From positions 64,001 through 128,000 of the forward strand of contig JBBQFN010000004.1 in the NCBI GenBank assembly GCA_038321985.1: 64,000 nucleotides of DNA, given 5' to 3'. Shown here piece after piece: positions 35,977-48,104 of this stretch (its first letter is position 1; every line of letters starts with the position of its first letter). The stretch is from Cyanophyceae cyanobacterium (GTDB taxonomy: Bacteria > Cyanobacteriota > Cyanobacteriia > Cyanobacteriales > Laspinemataceae). The notes beneath the pieces were generated by a model, which was not told the origin of the DNA, made no database searches, and saw nothing but the letters and a program-made list of their open reading frames with translations. The translations under genes and the position numbers were made by a program.

Positions 35977-36013
35977 GAAGAAGCGGTAAATTTTAGAATT
36001 TACCGCTTCTTTC
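35977..36013 (+). terminator. Terminator after the porin gene
   Basis: AAGAAGCGGTAAATT-TTAG-AATTTACCGCTTCTT hairpin. Confidence 0.75.
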
Positions 36014-36155
36014 TATTTAGAAAGCTGCCGGACCCCTAGAATAAATATTTTAGATCTAATCCGGTATCGAGTTTTCGTAGATCTGCAAAAATCAACACTC
36101 TACTGACACTCTAAAGGGTCTCGGTTTTGGCTAAAAATATTAAAGGTCATTCGGG

Positions 36156-36806
36156 TTAAAAATGATTGGCAATCAGTTCGGGGATTTCTGCCGCTTGGAT
36201 CTTGCTGTAGTGAGCTTTATCCGGCATAATCACGACGTGGGGCCCTGCTTTGCAGCGGTTCATACAGCCGGTTCCTTTGATCGTGACACTATTTTCTAGT
36301 CCTTTTTCGCGGAGTTCTTCTTCTAATGCTCGGCAGACTGCGGTTCCCCCCCGCTTGCGGCAGTCCGACTTTTGACAAACGAGAATTGTGGCTTTCTTTT
36401 TTTCAGCAGAAGTAGGGTTAGGTTTGGTCAGTTTAGAGGGAATTTGGGCGCAAGTTTCGGCGATCTCACAGTCTCGAAAGCGATCGCACCCGGCTTGGGG
36501 AGTCACGACTTGCAGAGGTTCCGAAGTGACTGAATTCGGGGTAGGGAGAAGATGATAGGCTTTGAATTTCCACAATCCAGTTTTCAAGTTGAATTGTTTC
36601 TCCCCGATCGCCCTCACCCAGTCTCCGGGTTTCAAGTGAGTTTCTAAAATAGCGCGTTGTTGTTTCGGTAAATCTAACTTAATTAACCGTTCACCTTCAG
36701 CCGTAGCGAGTCGGAAGTATTTGAGCTTCTTCTCCCCGCTGCCCCCAAACCCGAGAAAACGACCTTCGAGATTGAGTTGTGAAACTTGCTTATATGATTT
36801 ACCCAT
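36156..36806 (-). CDS. Thioredoxin-like [2Fe-2S] ferredoxin domain protein
   Basis: C-terminal VCQKSDC...GCMNRCKAGP. Confidence 0.85.
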   Translation of the reverse strand: MGKSYKQVSQLNLEGRFLGFGGSGEKKLKYFRLATAEGERLIKLDLPKQQRAILETHLKPGDWVRAIGEKQFNLKTGLWKFKAYHLLPTPNSVTSEPLQVVTPQAGCDRFRDCEIAETCAQIPSKLTKPNPTSAEKKKATILVCQKSDCRKRGGTAVCRALEEELREKGLENSVTIKGTGCMNRCKAGPHVVIMPDKAHYSKIQAAEIPELIANHF

Positions 36807-36903
36807 TGTCTTGTTTTTGGTTGTTGTTTTTTTAGGGAAGTTTACTTAAATTTCTGGCGATCGCCTGAGGAAAACATCGGCAACTGAGGAAGGGCGATCG
36901 CCC

Positions 36904-37149
36904 TTAGTCAATCAGCCAGCACTGTTCTAACCACAGCACTAACTCCGGACGCGAGGCATAGACTTGTCTAGATACGCTCCAAAACTGCACCGTCGCGTGG
37001 GAATCACTCAGATGCACACGTAACGGCTGATTCGGTTCGCACCAACAGGGAATCTCTAGTTCACGCAAGCGCTGAAACACAGGCCATCGTTCTGATCCAG
37101 TCACTTCCACAAACTCTGCTCGCTCTATCTTTTGTTCCGATGATTCCAT
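36904..37149 (-). CDS. Asr1405/Asl0597 family protein
   Basis: RWPVFQRLRELEIPCWC...QFWSV...LVLWLEQCW. Typical neighbour of dps and ferredoxin. Confidence 0.8.
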   Translation of the reverse strand: MESSEQKIERAEFVEVTGSERWPVFQRLRELEIPCWCEPNQPLRVHLSDSHATVQFWSVSRQVYASRPELVLWLEQCWLID

Positions 37150-37691
37150 GCGATCGTCCTAATACTTGCTAAATATTATCAGTAAGCTGGGTAGAGGGAC
37201 CCCGAGATTCATCCTCTTATTCTGATCCAGAGCGATCGGGTTTTGATCCCGGCGATCGCTGGTTACTTCATTACTTTACTGCAACTGACAAAGATTCTCA
37301 TCTACTTTTCGACAGACTTTAATAAAACTTTACATTTCCTCTATTGTTGGCCCCTGCTAACTGAGAAAAATTCTAAAAATAGCCTGAAACAGCGCTATAT
37401 TTAGGGGTTTCTTGAATAAGAACGCCATATGTAGTATAATTAGCCAAACTAGAGTAATTGAGAAGAAGCACCTTAAAAGGTAGGGTTCTGCCGTTTTGTT
37501 GAGAAAAAGGCCCAAAAATTTAAATAAGGAAGGCAACTCACAGTCTTTCAAAAAAAGGGCTTATTGATAAAATATAGCTTTACAAAAAAGATTAAGTATG
37601 TATTCCAGGTACCTAAGCCCAAGAGTGGGCCATGTTAAAATTCTTCTATTGAGTAACAACAGTTGCCCATAAAAAGAGGAGAACACTAATC

Positions 37692-38231
37692 ATGGCTGAA
37701 ATGCAGAATGCTGTCCGATCCTTTGGGCATATTGCTCCGAACCCGATTGGGCTAGAAACCTCAGTGACTGCGCCGGTTTGTGAAGGCTTAAATGTAGCAC
37801 TAGCGAGTTTTCAAGCGCTTTATTTGCAATATCAAAAACATCATTTTGTAGTAGAAGGGGCTGAATTTTACTCTCTGCATGAGTTTTTTCAAGAAAATTA
37901 CGAAGCAGTACAAGAGCATATTCATGAGTTAGGGGAACGATTGAATGGGTTGGGAGGAATTCCTGCGGCGAGTTTTAGTAAATTAGCTGAATTGTGCTGC
38001 TGGACCCCAGAACCGGATGGAGTGTATAGCTGCCGTCAGATGGTAGAACACGACTTAGTAGGGGAACAAGGGATGATTCAATTATTGCGCCGGCAGGCGT
38101 CTCAAGCGGAGAGTTTGGGCGATCGCGCGACGCGGTATCTATACGAGAAAATCCTGCTTTCTACGGAAGAACGAGCTTACCATCTGGCACATTTTCTAGC
38201 TAGTGATACGTTAGTTCTTTCTGGCTCGTGA
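37692..38231 (+). CDS. dps: Dps family ferritin-like protein
   Basis: [21 protein letters not shown] ferroxidase region; GAGGAG RBS. Confidence 0.92.
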   Translation: MAEMQNAVRSFGHIAPNPIGLETSVTAPVCEGLNVALASFQALYLQYQKHHFVVEGAEFYSLHEFFQENYEAVQEHIHELGERLNGLGGIPAASFSKLAELCCWTPEPDGVYSCRQMVEHDLVGEQGMIQLLRRQASQAESLGDRATRYLYEKILLSTEERAYHLAHFLASDTLVLSGS

Positions 38232-38332
38232 AGACTACAGAGCTTCTCAAGGTGCGTTATCCTAGAGAGAAGTTCAGCAATAATAGCTGACTAGCTTGAC
38301 CTATCGATCCTAAATAGAAGAGAACACTTAAG

Positions 38333-38366
38333 GCAGAGGGGGATTTTCCCACTCTGCATCTTTTTT
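38333..38366 (+). terminator. Terminator after dps
   Basis: GCAGAG..GG/CC..CTCTGC hairpin followed by T6. Confidence 0.65.
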
Positions 38367-38663
38367 GGGGTTCGCCCCACCCGCGATCGAGCATTGAGTT
38401 TCAAACCCTTGGAGACCCTGAAAGGGTGAGCAAGAGCGCAACAAAGCCTAGCCCATCTGGGTTTGAGACTTATTAATTTCCTTGATCTCCCCGGTGTCTG
38501 GGGTACAATCAGGTGGATTTAATCTGGCTGAATCCACCCGTTGTCCCCTCCTGTGGGCAACAGGGAGAGACGCGAAGTAGCTCCAGTCTAAAGGGTTTAG
38601 AAAATTTTATTCAGAAATACTTGCAATAAACTCCGAATTCTGGCTTACTAGAATTATCCGCTT

Positions 38664-38682
38664 ATTGAGGATTACTTTCAAT
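38664..38682. promoter_or_regulatory. Fur-box-like inverted repeat upstream of the Fur paralog
   Basis: 19-bp ATTGAGGATTACTTTCAAT. Confidence 0.55.
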
Positions 38683-38862
38683 ATTGGGACAAAGTACCGG
38701 AGCCCAATAATTTTGTTATGACCGTTCTTTTCTAGCTAAGATTGACCTCGGATGCCTTCGGCCACGGGACTAATGAAGCGAGATACGTCCGGCACATCAC
38801 CACTCTAAAGTACAGCAGGCCGTATTCTGACCAACCATGGACCCTAAATGTGGGGAATGATT

Positions 38863-39465
38863 ATGCCATTCTATACCCAGGCTAAACTTAAAAGCGAACT
38901 GCGACAGTTGGGTTGTCGCCTGACTCCGCAACGAGAAGCAATCCTCAGCGTATTTCAAACCATTCCTCAAGGCAATCATTTAAGTGCCGAAGAACTGTAC
39001 AGTTTATTGCAGCGTCAGGGGGAGAAAATTAGCCTCTCTACAGTGTATCGAACCCTAAACTTGATGGCCCGAATAGGAATTCTGCGCGAACTAGAGTTAG
39101 CAGAAGGGCATAAACACTACGAACTGAACAAACCCTCACAACCGCACCATCATCTCGTGTGCGTTCAGTGCCATCATACAATTGAATTTACCAGTGATTC
39201 AATTACTAAAATTGGCAGCAGGCAAGCAGAAGCTGCCCAATTTCAAATGTTAGATACTCAACTAACTCTTCATGCGGTTTGTCTAGAAGCCTTCGAGCGG
39301 GGATGGCCCTATTTGTTGCTAGAACATTGGATTTGTCCAAAATCGGGAATGGCCGTAAACCCATCAGAACTGGCTAAGGGAAAAAATGAGGAGGGGATTT
39401 CCTCGGGAATCCCTCAATCCTGTGACAACGATCAGGGAGCAGTGAACCCAGGCGAGGATCCGTAG
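38863..39465 (+). CDS. fur: Fur family transcriptional regulator (FurA paralog with C-terminal extension)
   Basis: RLTPQRE, HLSAEELY, SLSTVYRTL and HHHLVCVQC. Confidence 0.88.
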   Translation: MPFYTQAKLKSELRQLGCRLTPQREAILSVFQTIPQGNHLSAEELYSLLQRQGEKISLSTVYRTLNLMARIGILRELELAEGHKHYELNKPSQPHHHLVCVQCHHTIEFTSDSITKIGSRQAEAAQFQMLDTQLTLHAVCLEAFERGWPYLLLEHWICPKSGMAVNPSELAKGKNEEGISSGIPQSCDNDQGAVNPGEDP

Positions 39466-39664
39466 AGCAAGTCATCAAATCTTGTTATTAGCAAAACCGA
39501 GTGATACGGATTGAGTGAAACCTCGTAAAATAAACTGGATTTAGCAAAAATGCGATCCGGGGTCAGTAGTCAACGGTCAGTCGTCAGTTGTAACTGAAAG
39601 CTGGCAATTGACAACAGACCCTTGACAATGAAAACAGACAACCGAAAAGTCAAGGTTTACGCCT

Positions 39665-42600
39665 ATGCCCCGTCGCAACGACCTCCATAAAATCCTGATC
39701 ATCGGCTCTGGCCCTATTGTGATTGGGCAAGCTTGCGAATTTGACTACTCAGGGACGCAGGCTTGTAAAGCGCTTCGAGAAGAAGGATATGAAGTGGTGT
39801 TGGTGAACTCAAACCCCGCCACGATCATGACCGACCCCGAAACCGCCGATCGCACCTATATTGAGCCATTAATTCCGGAAGTGTTGGAAAAGGTAATCGC
39901 TAAAGAGCGACCGGATGCACTTCTACCCACGATGGGTGGACAAACCGCTCTAAACTTAGCGGTTACCCTCGCCAAAAGTGGTGTTTTAGACAAGTATGGC
40001 GTCGAGTTAATCGGTGCAAAATTAGAGGCGATCGAAAAGGCGGAAGACCGCTTACTGTTTAAAGAAGCAATGGCACGGATTGGGGTCGCCACCTGTCCAT
40101 CAGGGATTGCCACCACTCTGGAAGAAGCCAAAGCGGTAGGACTGCAAATCGGTAGCTATCCCTTAATTATTCGACCGGCCTACACCTTGGGTGGAACGGG
40201 CGGCGGTATATCCTACAACCAAAAAGAATTTGAAATCATGGCGGCAGGGGGGATTGATGCCTCCCCCGTATCTCAAATTCTGATCGAGCAGTCCCTGCTA
40301 GGTTGGAAAGAGTACGAACTAGAAGTCATGCGAGATTTAGCAGATAACGTGGTGATTATCTGCTCGATTGAAAATATTGATCCGATGGGGATTCACACCG
40401 GAGACTCGATTACTGTCGCACCGGCACAGACCCTCACGGATAAAGAATATCAACGACTCCGGGATGCTTCGATCGCAATTATTCGTGAGATTGGGGTAGA
40501 AACCGGCGGATCAAATATTCAGTTTGCTATCAATCCGGTGAACGGAGACCTGGTTGTGATTGAGATGAACCCCCGGGTCTCTCGGTCCTCGGCTTTGGCA
40601 TCAAAGGCCACCGGATTTGCGATCGCCAAGTTTGCAGCTAAATTGGCCGTGGGTTATACCCTTGATGAAATTCCTAACGATATTACCCGCAAGACCCCGG
40701 CCAGTTTTGAACCCACGATTGACTATGTGGTAACGAAGATTCCCCGGTTTGCCTTTGAGAAATTCGCTGGATCGGAACCGACTCTGACGACTCAAATGAA
40801 GTCCGTGGGTGAAGCCATGGCGATCGGGCGCACCTTCAACGAATCGTTCCAAAAAGCGATGCGATCAATGGAAACTGGGCGTTCCGGTTGGGGTTGCGAT
40901 CGCCAAGAAGTGCTGCCCAGTTTAGAACAAATTCGCTCCGGATTACGCACACCTAATCCCGATCGCATCTTTACCGTTCGTCATGCCATGTTGATGGGGA
41001 TGACCGTAGAAGAAATCTACGAACTCACCTGCATCGACCCCTGGTTCCTGGATAAATTGCAAGAACTCCTGGAAACGGAAAAATTCCTCAAGCGATCGCA
41101 ACTTGAAGACTTGACAAAAGAGCAATTGTATGCAGTCAAACGTCAAGGCTTCAGCGATTGTCAAATTGCCTTTGCCACTAAAACTCACGAGGACAAAGTC
41201 CGCGCTTACCGCGTCGGCTTAGGGGTCAAGCCAGTTTACAAACTGGTGGATACCTGTGCAGCAGAATTTGAAGCGCTCACGCCTTATTACTATTCCACCT
41301 ACGAAGAAGAATCGGAACAGACCGTTTCCACTAAACGCAAGGTGATGATTTTAGGGGGTGGCCCGAACCGCATCGGTCAGGGAATTGAATTTGACTACTG
41401 CTGCTGTCATGCATCCTATGCCTTACGGGAGGAAGGATGCGAGACGATCATGGTTAACTCCAACCCCGAAACTGTTTCCACCGATTACGACACGAGCGAT
41501 CGCCTCTATTTTGAACCCCTTACGAAAGAAGACGTTCTCAATATCATCGAGGTGGAAAATCCGGAAGGGGTGATCATTCAGTTTGGCGGACAAACCCCCC
41601 TCAAACTGGCCTTACCCTTGTATGAAGCACTCATGGCCCAAGGGCCGGACCGCCTCTTACCCCAAGAGGTGACGACCCAAATTTGGGGAACCTCCCCCGA
41701 CTCGATCGACATTGCCGAAGATCGGGAACGGTTTGAGAAGATTCTCTGGGAATTAGACATTAAACAGCCGGCCAATGGGATTGCTCGGAATTATCAGGAT
41801 GCCTTGGCGATCGCCCAGAAAGTTGGGTATCCCGTGGTGGTACGTCCTTCCTATGTTTTAGGGGGACGGGCGATGGAAATCGTCTATTCTGATGCGGACT
41901 TAGAACGGTACATGAAGTTTGCCGTAGAAGTCGAACCCGATCGCCCCATCTTGATTGATAAATTCCTAGAGAATGCGATCGAGGTGGATGTGGATGCTCT
42001 CGCCGATGCCACCGGACAAGTTGTAATTGGCGGCATCATGGAACATATTGAACAAGCGGGGATTCACTCCGGTGACTCAGCCTGTTCTATTCCGTATATC
42101 TCCTTAAAGCCGGAAGCCTTAGCCACGATTCGGGAATGGACCGTTAAACTGGCCCAAAAACTGAAAGTGATCGGGTTGATGAATATTCAGTATGCGGTGC
42201 AAGGGGAACAGGTTTACATCTTAGAAGCCAATCCCCGTGCCTCCCGTACAGTGCCCTTTGTCTCCAAGGCGATCGGGGTTCCCTTGGCGAAAATGGCCTC
42301 GTTAATCATGTCCGGCAAAACCTTAAAATCTCTCAACTTTACGGAAGAGAAGATTCCCCAACATATCGCCGTGAAAGAGGTGGTTCTGCCGTTTAATAAA
42401 TTCCCCGGTAGCGATACCCTGCTCGGTCCTGAAATGCGATCGACAGGTGAGGTGATGGGAATTGACACGGATTTTGGCAAGGCATTTGCTAAAGCTGAAT
42501 TAGGTGCGGGGGTCCGCTTAGCCCTTAAGGGGACTGTGTTCGTCTCCATGAACAATCGGGATAAACCCCTGGTGGTTTCAGTGATTAAAGAGTTCATGGA

Positions 42601-42925
42601 TTTGGGCTTTAAGATTATTGCCACTGATGGCACTCGCAAGGTCCTCCAAGAACAGGGTTTAGAGAATGTGGAACTGGTGTTCAAGGTCCATGAAGGTCGT
42701 CCCCACGTCATTGACTGGATTAAGAATGAGCAGATCCAGTTCATTATTAATACGCCGACCGGGGAAGAGTCCCAAACTGATGCGCGGATGATTCGCCGGA
42801 TGGCGTTGGACTATCAACTGCCCATTATCACGACGATCGCCGGTGCAAAGGCAACGGTGGCAGCGATTCGCGCCATCAAAGCTGAACCTTTAGGGGTGAA
42901 GGCGATTCAGGATTACATCCATTAA
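39665..42925 (+). CDS. carB: Carbamoyl-phosphate synthase large subunit
   Basis: [34 protein letters not shown] and C-terminal MGS domain. Confidence 0.99.
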   Translation: MPRRNDLHKILIIGSGPIVIGQACEFDYSGTQACKALREEGYEVVLVNSNPATIMTDPETADRTYIEPLIPEVLEKVIAKERPDALLPTMGGQTALNLAVTLAKSGVLDKYGVELIGAKLEAIEKAEDRLLFKEAMARIGVATCPSGIATTLEEAKAVGLQIGSYPLIIRPAYTLGGTGGGISYNQKEFEIMAAGGIDASPVSQILIEQSLLGWKEYELEVMRDLADNVVIICSIENIDPMGIHTGDSITVAPAQTLTDKEYQRLRDASIAIIREIGVETGGSNIQFAINPVNGDLVVIEMNPRVSRSSALASKATGFAIAKFAAKLAVGYTLDEIPNDITRKTPASFEPTIDYVVTKIPRFAFEKFAGSEPTLTTQMKSVGEAMAIGRTFNESFQKAMRSMETGRSGWGCDRQEVLPSLEQIRSGLRTPNPDRIFTVRHAMLMGMTVEEIYELTCIDPWFLDKLQELLETEKFLKRSQLEDLTKEQLYAVKRQGFSDCQIAFATKTHEDKVRAYRVGLGVKPVYKLVDTCAAEFEALTPYYYSTYEEESEQTVSTKRKVMILGGGPNRIGQGIEFDYCCCHASYALREEGCETIMVNSNPETVSTDYDTSDRLYFEPLTKEDVLNIIEVENPEGVIIQFGGQTPLKLALPLYEALMAQGPDRLLPQEVTTQIWGTSPDSIDIAEDRERFEKILWELDIKQPANGIARNYQDALAIAQKVGYPVVVRPSYVLGGRAMEIVYSDADLERYMKFAVEVEPDRPILIDKFLENAIEVDVDALADATGQVVIGGIMEHIEQAGIHSGDSACSIPYISLKPEALATIREWTVKLAQKLKVIGLMNIQYAVQGEQVYILEANPRASRTVPFVSKAIGVPLAKMASLIMSGKTLKSLNFTEEKIPQHIAVKEVVLPFNKFPGSDTLLGPEMRSTGEVMGIDTDFGKAFAKAELGAGVRLALKGTVFVSMNNRDKPLVVSVIKEFMDLGFKIIATDGTRKVLQEQGLENVELVFKVHEGRPHVIDWIKNEQIQFIINTPTGEESQTDARMIRRMALDYQLPIITTIAGAKATVAAIRAIKAEPLGVKAIQDYIH

Positions 42926-42989
42926 GTTTTGAAAGGGCGGCTGCATTGGGGTTGATCACTCCCTTTGGTGCAACGATCCTGAATTTTCT

Positions 42990-43027
42990 AAGGGGGCGAA
43001 CTATGTTACCGATAGTTCGCCCCCTTT
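42990..43027 (+). terminator. Terminator after carB
   Basis: AAGGGGGCGAACTAT...ATAGTTCGCCCCCTT hairpin. Confidence 0.75.
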
Positions 43028-43274
43028 CTAATGGGTCTGTCCTGAAATAGGGTTAAGACTTACCCAACTACCGACCTGGGAAGGGACAGGATGAGGTTTT
43101 TTTAGACAACGGGTCAAAATAACTCTATAAAATACAGATTTTTCTCCCTATTTTCTTCATTTTGTTTTCCAGGATGCATTCTAAAATTTATTTCCTGGGT
43201 AATCTCTATATAACCTGGGGCTGCATCTTTCAGGACCGGCGGAGGTGAACCTGTGCGTCAGGACTAGACATTTC

Positions 43275-43292
43275 GTTAAGAAATGTTACAAT
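43275..43292 (+). promoter_or_regulatory. HLR1-like (RpaB) direct repeat upstream of the sigma factor gene
   Basis: GTTAAGAA-AT-GTTACAAT, 10-bp period. Confidence 0.35.
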
Positions 43293-43658
43293 TTATCATA
43301 TACGACGTTCGAGCTTAAGAAATTTTATGACAACCATGACATTCATACTTGGGGCAATGATTTTGGGAATCCTGTATTTAAGAAGAACAGCGATCGCCTT
43401 ATCTTCGGAATACCAGCTAGAACGGGTTCCGGTTCGGGTTCCAAGCCGTCAGAAGTAAGCAATAGCTGTCAGGGAGAGACTGGCATTCCCAATCCTCCCT
43501 GATTGCATCAGATGTGGCTATCCCCATCAACATACGCCGGAGGTTACCCTAGGGCGAGATGCCTCCGGTAGGCGACTCGAAAGGGCCAACGCAGATGGAG
43601 AGTCAAGGATACAAGCCACTAATTCAAAACGTTACCCATTGAGTGAAGAAGAAGCGCC

Positions 43659-44615
43659 ATGAAGACTGCTCAAACTTCTACAGACTTAGTTCGCACTTAC
43701 CTGCGAGAAATTGGCCGAGTTCCCCTGCTGACTCACGAGCAGGAGATCATATTGGGTAAGCAGGTTCAGCACTTGAGCTTGTTGCAAGAGATTAAAGATA
43801 CCCTCACCGAACAGTTCGGTCACGAGCCGACAGATGTAGAATGGGCGCAAGCGGTAGGGGTGTCGTTAACTGAGTTACAACAGGCGATCGAGCAAGGTGA
43901 AGCAGCCAAGCGCAAGATGGTGGAAGCTAACTTGCGACTGGTAGTATCGGTTGCTAAAAAGTATATTAAACGCAATGTCGATTTACTTGACTTAATTCAA
44001 GAAGGAACCATCGGAATGCAGCGGGGAGTTGAGAAATTCGACCCTACCAAAGGATACCGATTTTCGACTTACGCCTATTGGTGGATCCGTCAAGCGATTA
44101 CCCGGGCGATCGCTGAGAAGGGCCGCACGATTCGTCTCCCCATTCACATTACTGAAAAACTTAACAAAATTAAGAAAGCATCTCGGGAGTTGTCTCAGCA
44201 ACTGGGACGTACTGCCACCATTGGCGAGTTAGCAACAGAGTTAGAACTAACCCCGAAGCAAATTCGGGAGTATATGGAACGAGCAAGACATCCCCTCTCG
44301 CTGGATTTGCGGGTTGGGGATAACCATGATACAGAACTGAGTGAGTTGTTGGAGGATACCGGACCCTCTCCGGAAGATTTTGCAACTCATTCAGCGATGC
44401 GATCGGATCTAGAAAAATTGATGTCGGAGTTAACACCGCAGCAACGGGAAGTGATTGCCTTACGCTTTGGATTAGAAGACGGACAGGCGATGACCCTCTC
44501 TAAAATCGGCGATCGGCTCAATATTAGTCGTGAGCGCGTCCGCCAAATTGAACGGGAAGCCCTCACTAAACTCCGCAAGCGCAAGGCGGATATGAATGAA
44601 TATGTCGCCAGCTAA
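43659..44615 (+). CDS. sigB: Group 2 sigma-70 factor (SigB-type)
   Basis: [29 protein letters not shown] and [21 protein letters not shown]. No region 1.1. Confidence 0.8.
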   Translation: MKTAQTSTDLVRTYLREIGRVPLLTHEQEIILGKQVQHLSLLQEIKDTLTEQFGHEPTDVEWAQAVGVSLTELQQAIEQGEAAKRKMVEANLRLVVSVAKKYIKRNVDLLDLIQEGTIGMQRGVEKFDPTKGYRFSTYAYWWIRQAITRAIAEKGRTIRLPIHITEKLNKIKKASRELSQQLGRTATIGELATELELTPKQIREYMERARHPLSLDLRVGDNHDTELSELLEDTGPSPEDFATHSAMRSDLEKLMSELTPQQREVIALRFGLEDGQAMTLSKIGDRLNISRERVRQIEREALTKLRKRKADMNEYVAS

Positions 44616-44642
44616 TCGGGTTTTTGTCCGGTTGCGTTGAGT

Positions 44643-44678
44643 GAGATGCCTCTTCTTGGTGGGAGGCATCTTTTTTTT
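44643..44678 (+). terminator. Terminator after the sigma factor gene
   Basis: AGATGCCTC...GAGGCATCT followed by a T tract. Confidence 0.85.
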
Positions 44679-44698
44679 GAGGATTGGGGATGGGGAGG

Positions 44699-44730
44699 AA
44701 CCACTGATTTCACGGATTTTCACGGAGACA
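44699..44730 (+). repeat. 32-bp direct repeat, left flank of the Uma2 gene
   Basis: AACCACTGATTTCACGGATTTTCACGGAGACA, 31/32 identical to 45356-45387. Confidence 0.85.
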
Positions 44731-44757
44731 AAGATAAGAAATCAAATACTTCCCACT

Positions 44758-45333
44758 TTAAAACATCGGCAAGTTTAAGGTGAATCCCGGTAAGACGTTT
44801 TCTCCGGATAAAAGGGTGGGAAGTGGGACGGTTTCGACTTGTTGAGTGGGGCGATAAATTTCGACTTGTTGAGTTTGGGGATTAATCAGCCAGCCTAATT
44901 TTAGGCCACTATTAAGATATTCCTGCATTTTGTCTTGAAGTAGGTTTAAAGGGTCGGTCCGAGACCTGAGTTCTATGACAAAATCAGGACAGAGGGGGAC
45001 AAATTTTTCCTGTTGTTCTCGGGTGAGAGATTCCCAGCGTGCATTCTCCACCCAAGCGACATCGGGGGACCTTTTACCTCCCTGGGGTAAGATGAATATT
45101 GTGGATGAACTAAATACTTTTCCCAGTTGAGTTTGACGGTTCCATATCACGACATTGGCGTTCAAATCCGACTCTCGGTTGCCGCTGATTCCTCCCACTG
45201 GCGGCATGATGATTAATTCTCCTTGGGCTGTTTCTTCTAGTCGCCAATTTTCATTGATTTGGCAGAGTTGATAAAATTGGTCGTCGCTTAGGTTGACGGT
45301 TTTTAGGTTTAAGACAATGGGTTCTGAAATCAT
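44758..45333 (-). CDS. Uma2/DUF820 family endonuclease-like protein
   Basis: GELIIMPP, RSPDVAWV, CPDFVIELRS and LGWLINP motifs. Confidence 0.94.
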   Translation of the reverse strand: MISEPIVLNLKTVNLSDDQFYQLCQINENWRLEETAQGELIIMPPVGGISGNRESDLNANVVIWNRQTQLGKVFSSSTIFILPQGGKRSPDVAWVENARWESLTREQQEKFVPLCPDFVIELRSRTDPLNLLQDKMQEYLNSGLKLGWLINPQTQQVEIYRPTQQVETVPLPTLLSGENVLPGFTLNLPMF

Positions 45334-45355
45334 TTGAATTTATCCTGATGTTTTT

Positions 45356-45387
45356 AACCACTGATTTCACCGATTTTCACGGAGACA
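45356..45387 (+). repeat. 32-bp direct repeat, right flank of the Uma2 gene
   Basis: AACCACTGATTTCACCGATTTTCACGGAGACA. Confidence 0.85.
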
Positions 45388-45600
45388 CAGATTTTGGTGC
45401 TAAAAAAGATGGGAGAATATGTTGACAAGAGGGGTTGACTTTGATAAATTTATATTTATAATGGGAGGCTTTGCTTAAATATTATTAGCGTCAATATTCC
45501 TATAATGAATATAATACGGCACAAGGTCAAGAAAGGCAATACCCCTCACCTATCTTTTTTTGCCGCGCTAATTAAGGAAGGAAAGTTAAGGTTTGATGCT

Positions 45601-47745
45601 TCATCCTACTTTTTGATGCTGACAAGCCTCAGTGATCATTGTGCGAATTTCGGTACAAAGTCTCTCGAAACTCAACCCCTGTTTTTGGAGAATGGTTTGC
45701 ACGGAGCCTTTGAGTTGCATATACTCTTCAGGGGTAATATCTTTGGCGGTCATGACCACGACGGGAATCGATCGCCAGTGGGGATATTGTTTTAAGGCAT
45801 CCAAAAATTCAAAACCATCCATTTCTGGCATCATTAAATCCAGTAAAATCAAATCCGGAGGATGAGCGGCGATCGCCTCTAACCCCCGATGACCATTTTT
45901 TGCCATAAAGGTTTTCCAGCCGTAGTTCTCTAGAACTCGCTGGAGGAGTTCCCGAGTAGCGGGATCGTCCTCTACAACTAGAATGGATTCTACAGGAGCC
46001 CTGTCAAAAGAGGATTCTGGGTGAGGCTGCTGATATTTATGCAACAGTGCAATCAAACGATGACGATCAATGGGTTTGGTCATGTAGTCCGAGGCTCCTA
46101 AGGCCATTCCCATCGTTTTGTTATCCATCATTGTGAGGACGATTGTAGGAATATCGGCGAGTTCCGGGTCAGCTTTGAGGGCGCACAGAACCGACCATCC
46201 ATCTTGATGAGGCATCATCACATCGAGGGTAATGGCATCGGGGTGCAGTTCCTTCGCCAATTCCAATCCCCGATCGCCCGATGAGGCGACTGCCACCCCC
46301 CAGCCTTCTTTGCTTAAAAACCGCTGCATCAGTTCATGAACCGTAGGGTCATCATCAATCACCAATACCGTTTTCCCGGCATTTGGAAGTATATCTGCCT
46401 CCGCGATCGCGGATGCCTCCTGTTCCACCGTAGAGAGTGCCTTAACTTGGGCGGGGAGGAGCATAGTAAAGCTCGACCCTTGGCCCTCCCGACTGGTAGC
46501 AGTAATATCACCCCCCATCATTTCGCAGAATTTCTTGGCGATCGCCAACCCGAGCCCAGTCCCGCCATACTTGCGAGTAGTGGATGCATCGCCTTGACTA
46601 AATGCCTCAAATAACCGCTGGATTTGCTCAGGTTTCATGCCAATTCCTGTATCACTGACTTTAAAGCAAATCCAATCGGAATCGGCATGGGGGAATTGAG
46701 TTGTTAGATAATTTGGCTTTGGAGGTTGGGTAAGGAGTTCCCAGGGTACTCTATTTGATGAATCTGGAGAGGGTGGGTTGGGGATTCGGGTAACTTCCAG
46801 GGAGATCGTACCCCCTTCGGTAAATTTGGCCGAATTGGAGAGGAGGTTAAATAAATTTTGTCTGACTTTGGTCAAGTCAGCCCACATTGAGCCGAGTTTT
46901 GGCGCAAGTCGAATGGCGATCGCATTGTTATTTTTTTCAATCAGCGGTTCGATGGTACTGACCACTTCCTGAAGTGTTGCCTCAATATCGAAAGGTTCTA
47001 GGTACAGTTCCATACGACCTGCTTCAATTTTGGATAGGTCGAGGATATCGTTGATAATCCCGAGTAAATGCTTCCCGGCACCGTAGATTTTTTGAAGATC
47101 TAGGCTCAAATCCTCTTGTCCCAGGTCTTCAGCATCTTCCTTTAACATTTCGCTGTAACCGAGGATGGCGTTAAGCGGGGTCCGCAGTTCATGGCTCATA
47201 TTAGCTAAAAATTGACTTTTAGCACGGTTTGCTGCGATCGCCGCATCTTTTTTCTCTTCAATCGTTTTATTCGCCAGTTGAAACAAGCGAGAGTGAGCGA
47301 CTAACAGAATCTGCAAATCTAAACACCATAATTGGCCGTTTGGGAGGACAATGGCGATCGGTTCATACGCTTGATTAGGGTCACGAGCCAGGGCTATATC
47401 AACCGCTTCATGAATTTTACAGCGTCCGGGGAGATGGAGAGTGGGGGAATAGATACCGGATTTTTTTTCGACCTCTTGGATGGTGTTCCATAGGACCAAT
47501 ATCGGACGTTTGAGATAAGTTTCTAAGCCGTAGGGACGACTCAGCCATTCAAAAAATTTCCGTCGGGAAATGATTCCCAGGGGTTGTTCATCGCTGACAA
47601 TCATCACGCCGGGTAAATCCGGGTGAGTTTGAAATGCTTTTTTGACTTCCTGTCCCAAGGTAGAGACGGGGACTTGAACATCATGGGAGGGTAAATCGGC
47701 TAAAGTTGAATCGAGGGTAAGCCGGTTCTGTTCCGGGTAAAGCAC
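45601..47745 (-). CDS. Hybrid histidine kinase (CBS-like N-terminus, HisKA, HATPase, two receiver domains)
   Basis: [36 protein letters not shown] and ILLDLMMP. Confidence 0.92.
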   Translation of the reverse strand: MLYPEQNRLTLDSTLADLPSHDVQVPVSTLGQEVKKAFQTHPDLPGVMIVSDEQPLGIISRRKFFEWLSRPYGLETYLKRPILVLWNTIQEVEKKSGIYSPTLHLPGRCKIHEAVDIALARDPNQAYEPIAIVLPNGQLWCLDLQILLVAHSRLFQLANKTIEEKKDAAIAANRAKSQFLANMSHELRTPLNAILGYSEMLKEDAEDLGQEDLSLDLQKIYGAGKHLLGIINDILDLSKIEAGRMELYLEPFDIEATLQEVVSTIEPLIEKNNNAIAIRLAPKLGSMWADLTKVRQNLFNLLSNSAKFTEGGTISLEVTRIPNPPSPDSSNRVPWELLTQPPKPNYLTTQFPHADSDWICFKVSDTGIGMKPEQIQRLFEAFSQGDASTTRKYGGTGLGLAIAKKFCEMMGGDITATSREGQGSSFTMLLPAQVKALSTVEQEASAIAEADILPNAGKTVLVIDDDPTVHELMQRFLSKEGWGVAVASSGDRGLELAKELHPDAITLDVMMPHQDGWSVLCALKADPELADIPTIVLTMMDNKTMGMALGASDYMTKPIDRHRLIALLHKYQQPHPESSFDRAPVESILVVEDDPATRELLQRVLENYGWKTFMAKNGHRGLEAIAAHPPDLILLDLMMPEMDGFEFLDALKQYPHWRSIPVVVMTAKDITPEEYMQLKGSVQTILQKQGLSFERLCTEIRTMITEACQHQKVG

Positions 47746-48104
47746 AATCGCATTCCTCCCTATACTGACTTTGGAAAAAAGCCGCCGTTCTCACCCCTTA
47801 TTCCCCGGGTTGCCATCGGGAGGAGAGGGATTTTTAGGCCCGGGGAAAGGTCCGACTGCCTCAGAATAGCTGGACCCAGAGAAGCACTGGACACATCTCC
47901 TTGGGGAGACCGGGAAATCCCGAGGCCGCATCGAGTGACCCTTGGCTGCCGGTGGGAAGTCTTCTGGGGAGGATGTGCTATACTCTGACTTTGTTGTGTT
48001 AACCCAAACTCTGTTTTAAACCCTAACATCTTTCTCTCCCGAAATAGCATCGAACAAATGCCCTGAATCGTGACCTAACTTTGGTTTTCTGTGACTTCTG
48101 AAGG

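Noticed and set aside
38397..38430. GTTTCAAACC...GAAAG resembling a CRISPR repeat
   Set aside because: Single occurrence with no periodicity.
39665..42925. carB without an adjacent carA
   Set aside because: This is the normal arrangement in cyanobacteria.
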